64,000 bases of DNA from a virus (Duplodnaviria; Heunggongvirae; Uroviricota; Caudoviricetes), in IMG/VR virus record IMGVR_UViG_3300037466_001997, positions 132,142 to 196,141 of that record, one strand, 5' to 3'. Numbering within the stretch: the stretch's first letter is position 1; every line of letters begins with the position of its first letter. Shown piece after piece: positions 25,793 through 34,783 of the stretch. A program made the position numbers and the translations under genes. The notes under the pieces were generated by a model. The model did not search any database. It saw nothing but the letters and a program-made list of their open reading frames with translations, and was not told the origin of the DNA.

Positions 25793-27304
25793 TTACAAGG
25801 TTATAACTAACCTAAAGTTTTCTTCCTGATTGACAGAACGTACAATTGGTGAACGATTTTCGACATACAGCAATGAACCAGAAAACGACTTGAACGGACT
25901 GGACACAATGCTAGAGATATGTGCTGTAGCCGCAGAAGTACCACCAGATATATTTTCTGTAGTAAACGTTCCCAACTGGTTTGTTACAATAATGCAAGAC
26001 GAATTGGCATATTCAACGAAATTCGCTGTAGCCCCAGATGTTGCGCCTGTGATAACTTCGTCTGGCAAGAATGTACCGGAAGGTGAAGTTAGCACAAACT
26101 GTGGCGACACCAGATATGATGTGGCGGTTGCGAGCGAACCGTTGGCTAGCCGTGGATTTGCCAGAACGCCGACAATACGGAAGTCATTGTTAGAAAAGAA
26201 TTTTCCACCTTCTGTGCCAGAGAACTGGACATACATCATGACGTTATGGCCGCTCAATTCGTAAACCGGATTCGAACCATGGCCACCAGAAGGAGCCAAT
26301 TCGGCTGTAGCAGCGGCACCAGAACCACCAGACGTTGTGTTGGCTGTTATCGAGAGAGTGGCACGACTATAGCTCTGGCCACGGTTGATAACCTCGACAG
26401 TCTTGATCGAACCGTTCGAAACGGTAGAATATGCCGAGAAATTTACGCCATCACCAGAAATAGAGACTGTAGGAGAAATGATATAGGTTGATGCGCCAGT
26501 TGGGGCCACACTGAAAGCCGGGCTAACTGTTGCCAAACGGCTTGCGCCATTCCATCCTGTGATCGAACGCTTTTGTCCGGCACCAGTTCCGTTTGTGATG
26601 TAGATAGAAGAACCGACATAAACGCCGTTGGTGCTGTTGGCCGAAGATGCCACAGTGATTTTTGTGGTGTTTGATGAAACTACAGTACCAGTATTCTGCT
26701 TGTAGTTCGCACCACCAGATGTCACAATGGCTGTGTCAATGGCACCATTCACGGCGGCGGCTTGAACATTCCACTGGAAAGAGCCGTCATCGGCAGTAAG
26801 TGTCTTGACAGGAATGTAGCTTGTTGTAACGTATTTAACAGCATCGGCAGCGGAAATTTCACCCATGAATTTCCATCTATATCCATCACCAGTGGTGAAG
26901 ACTGTTGTCAAACGACCGGTAGGCTTTACTGTAGAATGGCCACCATTATTGTTATCCATGCACTTGTATACGTTATACTCGTCTGTCAGAACAAAGAATG
27001 CTCCACTCTGGAATTCAGTGTCTGATGTGTACTTGGCGTAAATTGTGCCTGATGTCCAATTGTTTCGAACAGCGGCGAATGTAACGTCACCAGCGGCAAC
27101 CTTCTTCGCTGAAATGATGTTGCTCCAAATGGAATATTCCGAATTTGAAACGGTATCGGTTGGTGTTGGTGGATTGTTGTCGTCCACCCATGGGCTGGTA
27201 CGACCAATGAAAATGTAGAGATTTTCTGGCGCAACTTCGTCAAACAATTCTTTCAATTGTTCGGCAGCAAAAAGGCGAAATCTCTTAGTAATGATACCAG
27301 TCAT
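25793..27304 (-). CDS. gp8: baseplate wedge protein (gp8-like)
   Basis: LY.FIGR..PW..D..PP.P, W..GT.Y, VYKC..N, DGY.WK.M, SG..LY.ENR.PI.R. Confidence 0.88.
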   Translation of the reverse strand: MTGIITKRFRLFAAEQLKELFDEVAPENLYIFIGRTSPWVDDNNPPTPTDTVSNSEYSIWSNIISAKKVAAGDVTFAAVRNNWTSGTIYAKYTSDTEFQSGAFFVLTDEYNVYKCMDNNNGGHSTVKPTGRLTTVFTTGDGYRWKFMGEISAADAVKYVTTSYIPVKTLTADDGSFQWNVQAAAVNGAIDTAIVTSGGANYKQNTGTVVSSNTTKITVASSANSTNGVYVGSSIYITNGTGAGQKRSITGWNGASRLATVSPAFSVAPTGASTYIISPTVSISGDGVNFSAYSTVSNGSIKTVEVINRGQSYSRATLSITANTTSGGSGAAATAELAPSGGHGSNPVYELSGHNVMMYVQFSGTEGGKFFSNNDFRIVGVLANPRLANGSLATATSYLVSPQFVLTSPSGTFLPDEVITGATSGATANFVEYANSSCIIVTNQLGTFTTENISGGTSAATAHISSIVSSPFKSFSGSLLYVENRSPIVRSVNQEENFRLVITL

Positions 27305-27329
27305 TGTTTATCCTGTTATAATTTAATTA

Positions 27330-27337
27330 TATTTATA
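27330..27337 (-). promoter_or_regulatory. T4 late promoter
   Basis: TATAAATA on the - strand. Confidence 0.8.
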
Positions 27338-27340
27338 CGA

Positions 27341-29974
27341 TCAGCCCTTGATCGCAAATGTAAAGCAACACCAATCTGACGTGAATGCTGTAGTATATGT
27401 GTTTGGATTGAATGATGAAGCCGTGCTTCTAGCTTGCACAATTTGTGTTGTGCAATTTGTCGAGTCACCATCTTGGTAAATCTGCGCCGAATCCATATTC
27501 GTAGGTAATGTAAATGCGGTCGTACTTCCGGATGCGTGACGGGTAGCCAGCCACAGATAATTCCCTAAACCGCCAGATGGTGTTATACTTGGTGGATCAC
27601 CATTTATAGCAGCCACGCCGGTAGAATGAGCTACTTCCAGTGTCGTAGCATTTTTAATACACAATGCATATTGGGTGTGTTTGACGGAAGTAGATGTATT
27701 AAGTGTCAATGCATCAGAACCGGTCGCAATCTTCCATGCGTATACGGCAGTCAAATCTGAACCTACCGCAACTGGCGTTCCAAGTGTCCATCCTGTGCCC
27801 GAACCAATAGTCACAGTAGGTGTACCGGCAAATGAAACCAATACGAGTAACATACTTCCTACAGGAACAATTCCGTTTGGCATCGACATATCATGGCCGG
27901 GATTACTTCCTGTAGGAATATCTGTAGGCATGGCAATGGCATGAGACGTGGAAGGAGTGTTATCGTACTTGTTATTCAAAGAATAAATGATAGGATATTC
28001 ATAAATGTCTGTTGCCGCCAACAAGTTATTTGCTGACATAGGAGGCAGCACTGTCATTTTTAGAATTTTTCCATCAATCCAATTGGTATCATCATAATGG
28101 CCGAGAGCAATATGAGATATACCGCTTGGAATCGGTGTATAGTTCACTTGTTGTGTATAAAGGCCAGTTCCGTTGACGGCCACAGAATATTCTCTATTGC
28201 CACCACCAACATTTCTGTTTATGGTCAATCCAATGTGATGCGGTCCTGTTTGCACTATGCCGGGGAGTTTGCCAACGTACCACCCGGTTGACAGTGTTTC
28301 CGACAAAGTATTGTTATCATACAACTGAAGACCAGAACTATTCAACCATGTCTGAACGTATTCTGTTGAAGAACTACTGTCAGTTCCCTCAAACATATCC
28401 AAAACAGGACTATTTGGGAAAGCAGTATATTCTATATCTAATAATATTGTACATCCATTTGTGACTTGTGAAATCATATCAGACAACAAGCTGCTTACCA
28501 TATCAGGAAGCTGAGTGGCTGATGGTGTCAGACCTGTGCCATCGATAGCGGTGCTAGCGTTAAATGAATATGGACCGCCAAGAACTGAACTTGCTGTAAC
28601 AGATGTTCCACCAGCGTAATAGTGATGTGCTACAAAGTCCAAGTAATCGGTTGCGCCAGACGGCAACCATCCTGTACCTCCGCTTGTAGGAACAGCATAC
28701 GTTTGATAATGCAAGTTGTTGGCTTGACCGTAAATGTATTCCTTGGAAAGCATCATAATGGTTGTGTTAACAACCTTTTGAGGGAAGACATAAGTATTAG
28801 CCGAATTGCCAGAATCAATGATTTTGAACGGAGTCCAATCAGATATGGTGAAAGATGGGACATCAGAACGGAAAATAATATTTTTTGACAAATCGGAAAC
28901 AGTGAAATCAGCGAAAGTTTCGTCAAATGGTGAATAGCTCAACCAAGTTGATAGAAAATCGCCAGACTGTGTGTCTTGCGTTCCTGTCTGTGTCGTCCAG
29001 ACCCTTGGTGCTGTGTTGCTTACCGCACCAAGATTTGACTGTTCCGGAATGATTAGTTCGTATGGAATAGATATTTTGGAAACATCACCAACGTTACCCA
29101 AATTCGAAACCAGAGACAGTGTAAGGTCAGAAAAATCGGCAAGTTCGAACATGTCAACGGCACCAAACAGCTTTGTACCGGCTGGATGGGTTAGTTGATT
29201 GGCGATGTTTTCATATTCAGCCAGAGCGTGTGAGCTTCTAATCTGATAAGAATATTCCTGATAGAAAAAGTTGTCTTCAAGCTTTTTATCGGACGAAAGG
29301 AAACCGTCTGTTCCTACCCAACTACCCGGATAGGTAACGAAGTCAATAATTGTGCCAATCTTTTCGCCCGTAGTATCATCGATAAGTTCTTCACCGATGC
29401 GGAAATCACCGAAGATGTTGTTGATGTATAGTTCGTCAGTCTTGACTTCACTAATGACATACGATAGGAACTTGTCTTTTCTCGCTGTGGCACCAGATGT
29501 TTCACCACGAACAACTATCAAACCTTCGACAATATTTTGGTCGGCGGTAAGATTGAGTTTTAGCGAACGCTCAATAACCCACTTACCATCAGAAGCTCTT
29601 AGGATATCCTTGCCGGGATAGTAGAATGACACGTTTTCGTCACCATACAGGATACGGAACAGCATTTTGTATGCTTTTTCCGTTCCTCTGGCACGGTAGA
29701 AATCGAGGATGTTCTTCATCAGAAGACGATCATCGACCTTTGTTACCGGAATGCTTTTCATAAATTCATTGCGCATGAATTTCAGATATTGATCCGGAAT
29801 AAGGTCAACGTCTTTGTATTCTGATAGTTTACGAGAAATAACAATCGGATTTTCGAATTGTTCCGCCCATTCATAATAAAGCTGAATGAAGTTTACCAGT
29901 TCACCAGCATCACGATTCCAGAAATCTGGAACCTGTGAATTTACGAAAATCGAAATGTTATTGCATTGTGCCAT
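27341..29974 (-). CDS. gp7: baseplate wedge initiator (gp7-like) with C-terminal beta-sandwich extensions
   Basis: F...YY.W.E, K.I..FYRARGT..AY..LFRILYG, D..FYQEYSY, HPAGTK.FG; between gp6 and gp8. Confidence 0.78.
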   Translation of the reverse strand: MAQCNNISIFVNSQVPDFWNRDAGELVNFIQLYYEWAEQFENPIVISRKLSEYKDVDLIPDQYLKFMRNEFMKSIPVTKVDDRLLMKNILDFYRARGTEKAYKMLFRILYGDENVSFYYPGKDILRASDGKWVIERSLKLNLTADQNIVEGLIVVRGETSGATARKDKFLSYVISEVKTDELYINNIFGDFRIGEELIDDTTGEKIGTIIDFVTYPGSWVGTDGFLSSDKKLEDNFFYQEYSYQIRSSHALAEYENIANQLTHPAGTKLFGAVDMFELADFSDLTLSLVSNLGNVGDVSKISIPYELIIPEQSNLGAVSNTAPRVWTTQTGTQDTQSGDFLSTWLSYSPFDETFADFTVSDLSKNIIFRSDVPSFTISDWTPFKIIDSGNSANTYVFPQKVVNTTIMMLSKEYIYGQANNLHYQTYAVPTSGGTGWLPSGATDYLDFVAHHYYAGGTSVTASSVLGGPYSFNASTAIDGTGLTPSATQLPDMVSSLLSDMISQVTNGCTILLDIEYTAFPNSPVLDMFEGTDSSSSTEYVQTWLNSSGLQLYDNNTLSETLSTGWYVGKLPGIVQTGPHHIGLTINRNVGGGNREYSVAVNGTGLYTQQVNYTPIPSGISHIALGHYDDTNWIDGKILKMTVLPPMSANNLLAATDIYEYPIIYSLNNKYDNTPSTSHAIAMPTDIPTGSNPGHDMSMPNGIVPVGSMLLVLVSFAGTPTVTIGSGTGWTLGTPVAVGSDLTAVYAWKIATGSDALTLNTSTSVKHTQYALCIKNATTLEVAHSTGVAAINGDPPSITPSGGLGNYLWLATRHASGSTTAFTLPTNMDSAQIYQDGDSTNCTTQIVQARSTASSFNPNTYTTAFTSDWCCFTFAIKG

Positions 29975-31848
29975 TAAAGGGTAACCGTATTAGATACACC
30001 ATCAACATCAATGAGAGTTGAATTACCTACAACATCCACAACTTTGTTGAAGATGATCTTGTTTTTACTTGTATCGAACATAGAAATAGTCGGTGTTGAC
30101 AGAAGAATAATTTGATTGTTCTGTGCGTATATATCTGTATTCAACGGTTGTGCCGATATCACAACTTCTTCGTTATAGTCTGTGAAAATGAATGACTGTA
30201 GGCTCAATTGGCCTGTGGAGTAATCAACAGTGCCCGCCGTTGTGTTGAAATATGTCTTGGCCGTTCCGTTCAGATAGTAGAGACGCAAAACACCGTTACC
30301 ATCATCGTCCAGATAGAGTGTATTATCAGAACCGGCTACGTTGAAGCCGTTCGATGAAATGCATCCCTGATATCCAGCATATGGATTATACAGTGGGTTC
30401 TGATAATCGATATTGTAATTGAATTTCGAATTCAGGACCGGAGCAAATCGCTTTTCTATGGTGATCGTCATTTGGTTCGATTCCACGGACGCATCTGAAT
30501 TGTCTATGGCTGTCGAAAGTCTTGAAAGTTTGAAGCGGTTGCCGAAGATGCCTAGCTGTGTTGATTCGAAGTTCTGAACGGCTGTAGCGATCTTGTTGAA
30601 TATCGCATCAACTTCCAATGTCGAGACAGAGGAATTATAGTTGACTGTAGCAACGGGCTTTACGAAAATGAACACTGGGTCAATGATAGCCGGATCAATC
30701 GACATAGGATTGAACTTCTTGATATCATTGATAATCGTTGTTTTTCTATTATTTGTTATAACGTACCCAGTGAATGGCTTGACCGCAATAATGGTCTTGC
30801 CATAGAGTGGCGGATTATGAGTTTCACCGCCCCAAACATTGACTGCTTGGATGTCTGAATAATTTGCTAGAATATAATTTTTGTAATCGCCAGCGGTAAT
30901 CAGGCGGTTCTGCATTTCGAAATTGCGAGGCGCATTGAACTTGATGGAGTCGATGGTTTCTTCATCCTGTCCGTCACGTGCTTTTTGCGCTACCGAAACG
31001 ATATTGCAGATGTATTTCGTAGTTGGAACAGCCTTGTTGTAGCCTGTATAGCCAATCTTTTGGAAATTAGATGCATTGTTAGGAGTTCCACCGTTACATG
31101 CACGAAACGTTACGACAACGATATTACCCGGCTGCAATGCTGCGCCAAGAACACCGTCACCAAAATACAGTTCATAGAACCCGTTCGAATTCTTTTGGAG
31201 GTAATAGACTGTCGATGTCGCCGCTACTTCTGTCGAATCTTTTACCAATGTGTATGTGGTAAGGGTTGTGGAACCGGCTGATGGCTGAACCTGAACCTTC
31301 ATGCTTTCAGTATCGACGCCAGCGACAGGAAGCTCAAAAAATTTCGAAGATGCATCGACAGTGAAACGATATGAAAGCACTTGACCTTCATAGATCGTGA
31401 TCGTCTTGACATAGACACCACCAGCCGACTGCACGGAATATTCTGTGTCGGTTGTGAAGTAGTAGTTAACACCATCAATGGTTGTTGAAAATTTTGTGTA
31501 TTGCGGAATGACGATTTCCGCAGGGGAGTCTGTCGGGGTAAACGAAACGACAAGCGAAGCTGATGCTGCACGGGCCGAACGTGGCGTGTAGTTCATCATT
31601 TTGGAAAGTGAGTATGTACTTTCCTTCATGATTGCAGAATCGAGGAACATTTCGTTCGCAACCATGTTCAGGTAGAACGAATTATAATATGTGTTGTATG
31701 CCAACACGTCCAACAATGTGGACATGGTAGAGCCTTCAAAATCGAAGTCCGTAAGCTCTGGTTTAGCTCTTAGAAAAGATTTGAGATTTTCCTTAATCTC
31801 AAAAAACCCAAGTTCTGAAACTTGAAGACTTGTGTTGGCATCAGCCAT
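29974..31848 (-). CDS. gp6: baseplate wedge subunit (gp6-like)
   Basis: L.F.EIK.NLK.FL...DFDFEGS...LLDVLAYNTYY...NM..NE.FLDSA; FGDGVLG; Q.R.IT..DY. Confidence 0.96.
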   Translation of the reverse strand: MADANTSLQVSELGFFEIKENLKSFLRAKPELTDFDFEGSTMSTLLDVLAYNTYYNSFYLNMVANEMFLDSAIMKESTYSLSKMMNYTPRSARAASASLVVSFTPTDSPAEIVIPQYTKFSTTIDGVNYYFTTDTEYSVQSAGGVYVKTITIYEGQVLSYRFTVDASSKFFELPVAGVDTESMKVQVQPSAGSTTLTTYTLVKDSTEVAATSTVYYLQKNSNGFYELYFGDGVLGAALQPGNIVVVTFRACNGGTPNNASNFQKIGYTGYNKAVPTTKYICNIVSVAQKARDGQDEETIDSIKFNAPRNFEMQNRLITAGDYKNYILANYSDIQAVNVWGGETHNPPLYGKTIIAVKPFTGYVITNNRKTTIINDIKKFNPMSIDPAIIDPVFIFVKPVATVNYNSSVSTLEVDAIFNKIATAVQNFESTQLGIFGNRFKLSRLSTAIDNSDASVESNQMTITIEKRFAPVLNSKFNYNIDYQNPLYNPYAGYQGCISSNGFNVAGSDNTLYLDDDGNGVLRLYYLNGTAKTYFNTTAGTVDYSTGQLSLQSFIFTDYNEEVVISAQPLNTDIYAQNNQIILLSTPTISMFDTSKNKIIFNKVVDVVGNSTLIDVDGVSNTVTL

Positions 31849-31851
31849 ATG

Positions 31852-32256
31852 TTATCTTGTCCGTTGTAAGAAGAAATTAATGGTGACAGCGTTAGGAAAA
31901 TTCAAAGGCTTGATAACCACTGTGACTTCAATGGCATTTTCATCATCTAATCTGTCTGTCAGAGAAATCTCTAGAAGTTCCGCACGTTTGGCATAGTTAT
32001 TTATCACGTCCTGAATGGCTTGTTTAACCGATTGAACCGTTATCGGATCGAAACTATCAAACAATGCATCATAAATTCCGCCATATACATTCGGGCGGAA
32101 CAATGTTTCATATCGATTGGTAAAAATTAGATTTTTGACTTGCTGCTTGATTGCATTTTCGTTCTTTACCACGGGCACAGCGCCTGTTTCAGGGTGTGCT
32201 AAGAACTTCAAGCTCAAATCTTTGAATACGTCTTTCTTGGTAATTGTGGATGACAT
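31852..32256 (-). CDS. gp25: baseplate wedge subunit (gp25-like)
   Basis: DL.L.F..HP, NE.AIK..VKNLI.T, C-terminal L.R.R. Confidence 0.92.
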   Translation of the reverse strand: MSSTITKKDVFKDLSLKFLAHPETGAVPVVKNENAIKQQVKNLIFTNRYETLFRPNVYGGIYDALFDSFDPITVQSVKQAIQDVINNYAKRAELLEISLTDRLDDENAIEVTVVIKPLNFPNAVTINFFLQRTR

Positions 32257-32550
32257 TTATGCCCCGATGGTAAATTTGGTTTGTGATGAAACCACTGTGC
32301 TTGCACCACAATATCGGGAATCACCGTGTCTATGGATTGCCTTATTAGCCACCGTCCATTTTCCAGAGCCGGTTGACGAGTTAGTCGAGCCGGAAGGGTG
32401 GAACAAGTTATCAACAGCCGCTACGGTATCGACAGTTGTCACCAACACACCGCCAACGGTCCATTTTGTTTGTGGAGGCGTCTGCAATGCACCACCACCA
32501 TGGCTATTAAGGTCGCCTACAAGCGCTAGAAGCGGCAAATTCAACTCCAA
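32257..32550 (-). CDS. PAAR spike tip protein (gp5.4-like)
   Basis: GD..SHGG, GS.K.TV..K.I.R.GD...CGA. Confidence 0.85.
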   Translation of the reverse strand: MELNLPLLALVGDLNSHGGGALQTPPQTKWTVGGVLVTTVDTVAAVDNLFHPSGSTNSSTGSGKWTVANKAIHRHGDSRYCGASTVVSSQTKFTIGA

Positions 32551-32565
32551 TATTTCAATCTATGA

Positions 32566-32610
32566 TATTTATATCAATGGGCTTGACTTTTTCAAAAGAT
32601 TGGCTATCTT
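32566..32610. promoter_or_regulatory. back-to-back late promoter (-) and sigma70-type promoter (+)
   Basis: TATAAATA on - at 32566-32573; TTGACT-N16-TATCTT on + at 32583-32610. Confidence 0.65.
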
Positions 32611-32635
32611 GGAATTGAAGACAGGGGAATTAGTC

Positions 32636-32983
32636 ATGAATTTGCTTGCTGAACGTATCGCTAATAAGCTCTGGGAAGATCACGACGCAGACGAATGGGA
32701 AGTCGCAACGCATCTTGCGCCCCGAGTCAGTACGCAGGGTATCGAGCTTCTGTTGCGGGAAGCCAATCACATAAACAGAGCCAAGCTGGCGAACAAGTTC
32801 GATGTTGTCGAGTGGATGGCCGAACGTGGCAAGACCAGCTACAAGACCCAGATTGAACAACTGAAAGCGGCGGGTTCCATCTTCCTGAACGATGGCGACG
32901 AAGTTCCGCCCGCTCTTGAAGCAAAGATCGAAGAAATTCGTCAGATGGCGCAGGACCGGTATGACGATTGGGCTTCTGATTAA
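32636..32983 (+). CDS. hypothetical protein inserted antisense in the baseplate operon
   Basis: ATG 32636 with AGGGGA RBS and own promoter; 115 aa, helical. Confidence 0.75.
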   Translation: MNLLAERIANKLWEDHDADEWEVATHLAPRVSTQGIELLLREANHINRAKLANKFDVVEWMAERGKTSYKTQIEQLKAAGSIFLNDGDEVPPALEAKIEEIRQMAQDRYDDWASD

Positions 32984-33573
32984 AAGAAGCCACGCAAAGC
33001 CGATAGACCCTCCGAAGTAATGCCTGTCAGCAAATCACTTGTCGTTATGGCGGGGTCTGGCAGGCTTGACGGCGCAATACCCAGTTTCAATGGGTTGATA
33101 TCGACGTGTATCCAAGACGTGGTTCCATTCACTAGGTTGATGGAATCGGCCATTCTTGTGAACTTCTGGACTTCCTTCGCCACATTGTACATGTTGTTTT
33201 CGAAACCAGCAATCTGGATATCGAAGCCACGTCCGATCAAATGAGATATTTCATTCGGTAGCGCATTCACCGGAATGTTGTTCATGAATGCCGCCTTGAC
33301 AATCAAGTCACGACCAAAATTTCCCAAAAGACCTTCCAACATACCTTCTGCACCGGCTTGAAGATTGGCGACAATCTGCCATAGAGGCATGTTCGATCCG
33401 CCAGACAAGTTCAGCGGCAATGAAGAATCGGGGATCAGTGTGGCTGTGAACTTCGGCATCCATTGTGCCGTGATGGGAGAATAAGCACCGCTTGTAAGGT
33501 GGGAGAGATTGAAATTCCTGCTTAATTGCATTCCCACATCGATGATCGTGTTCTGATTTATTTCAAACGCCAT
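32980..33573 (-). CDS. peptidase M15-like (Zn peptidoglycan peptidase fold) baseplate-associated protein
   Basis: QLS.NF.L..LT start; H-x6-D (SHLIGRGFD) and WIHVD Zn ligands. Confidence 0.7.
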   Translation of the reverse strand: MAFEINQNTIIDVGMQLSRNFNLSHLTSGAYSPITAQWMPKFTATLIPDSSLPLNLSGGSNMPLWQIVANLQAGAEGMLEGLLGNFGRDLIVKAAFMNNIPVNALPNEISHLIGRGFDIQIAGFENNMYNVAKEVQKFTRMADSINLVNGTTSWIHVDINPLKLGIAPSSLPDPAITTSDLLTGITSEGLSALRGFF

Positions 33574-33597
33574 GTGTTTCCTCTTGACTTCCTGATT

Positions 33598-33641
33598 TAT
33601 TTATGACCGCCCCTTGACTTCCCAAATATTTTGTGTATATT
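33598..33641. promoter_or_regulatory. back-to-back variant late promoter (-) and sigma70-type promoter (+)
   Basis: CATAAATA on - at 33598-33605; TTGACT-N16-TATATT on + at 33614-33641. Confidence 0.6.
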
Positions 33642-33677
33642 CGGGCTAGTTGTTATGAAAGAAAGGGGAACGACCCA

Positions 33678-34127
33678 ATGTGGAAGCTGATTAAATTCCT
33701 GTTCTTTGCGTGGTTGACAATATTTTTCATCATCCCGCTTCTGATCGGGCTGGCCATAAGCCAGTCTCATTCAGCGCCGTTGTTGACCAAGCTTGAACAA
33801 AGCTACATCACCGACGCCAACCATGCCTTGTATGTGTTCACACTGAACGCCAACTGCAATTATGTATCACAAACAACGTTGACTGCTGTCACCGATGGTG
33901 TGATTTCGACCGCCAAAGTTGCCGTTGGTGAACAACGCATGGACCAGTTCGACGCTACCGAAGGTCGTCAAGTCCTTATCAAGCTTGCCCAGATCGCCAA
34001 CTATATGAAAGGTCTGCACGGCAACGAACTGAAAGCTGTCTGCAAATCGCATCGAGCCGAGTTCAATCGAATCTATCGATACCTCGTCTCGCTTTCCGAC
34101 GAAAGCGGCGAATCAGCCGACAACTAG
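33678..34127 (+). CDS. membrane-anchored/exported hypothetical protein inserted antisense in the baseplate operon
   Basis: ATG 33678 with AGGGGA RBS; N-terminal hydrophobic helix; two Cys. Confidence 0.72.
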   Translation: MWKLIKFLFFAWLTIFFIIPLLIGLAISQSHSAPLLTKLEQSYITDANHALYVFTLNANCNYVSQTTLTAVTDGVISTAKVAVGEQRMDQFDATEGRQVLIKLAQIANYMKGLHGNELKAVCKSHRAEFNRIYRYLVSLSDESGESADN

Positions 34128-34783
34128 ACGCTGTATTTGTCCTTGCCAAGGTCTTCATGATACAAGACCTTGGCGTTTGCACCAGCCCTTTTGTAAAAAT
34201 AATCATACAATTCACGGTTTGTGCGCTTCTGGGTTTTCTCCCCACGCTTTTTGTTCAAAACCAAATCGTCTTTCTTTGTACCAGCCGATTGCGCTTCATC
34301 TTCCGGCTTGTTGACTGAATTGTCTAGAATTGTTTTTACTTGACTGGCACCGTTTACACAATGCGCCATGAACAATTCTGCATTCATAGGATCACGGCCA
34401 AGCGAGTTTCGAAGTTCTGGTACATATGAAATGATCTTCTGTGCGATACCGGAAGCATCGGAAGCATCAGAACGGGAAGTCATGTCGTTTTCCCAGTCGC
34501 AGGCAAACAGAAGTAGGTCATAGGGAACCTTGGTCTTGCGAGCCGCATCCGAGATATCTTCGAAAACCTTCTGTGGAATTTTGCCAGACAGCAACTGTTC
34601 CTTGGTGTTCGACATGTTTCGAGCCGAATTGATGGTGGCGATGACGCCATTAGCTGTGAAGAATGGATGCTCATGTCCAATGACGTTGGATTTCATCGAT
34701 TCGTCAATCGATTCTTCATGTGCTTCTTCGTCGGTTCCATAGTTTATCTGTGGATATTTCGGATCATTGATGTCAATAGCCAT
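34124..34783 (-). CDS. degenerate lytic-transglycosylase-like protein
   Basis: AA.K..V..D.L...A..E. and LGRDP..AEL.MAH...GA motifs resemble the SLT fold. Confidence 0.45.
   Translation of the reverse strand: MAIDINDPKYPQINYGTDEEAHEESIDESMKSNVIGHEHPFFTANGVIATINSARNMSNTKEQLLSGKIPQKVFEDISDAARKTKVPYDLLLFACDWENDMTSRSDASDASGIAQKIISYVPELRNSLGRDPMNAELFMAHCVNGASQVKTILDNSVNKPEDEAQSAGTKKDDLVLNKKRGEKTQKRTNRELYDYFYKRAGANAKVLYHEDLGKDKYSV

Noticed and set aside
32117-32635. N-terminal extension of the 288-aa + ORF
   Set aside because: Antisense to gp25/PAAR; promoter and RBS place the start at 32636.
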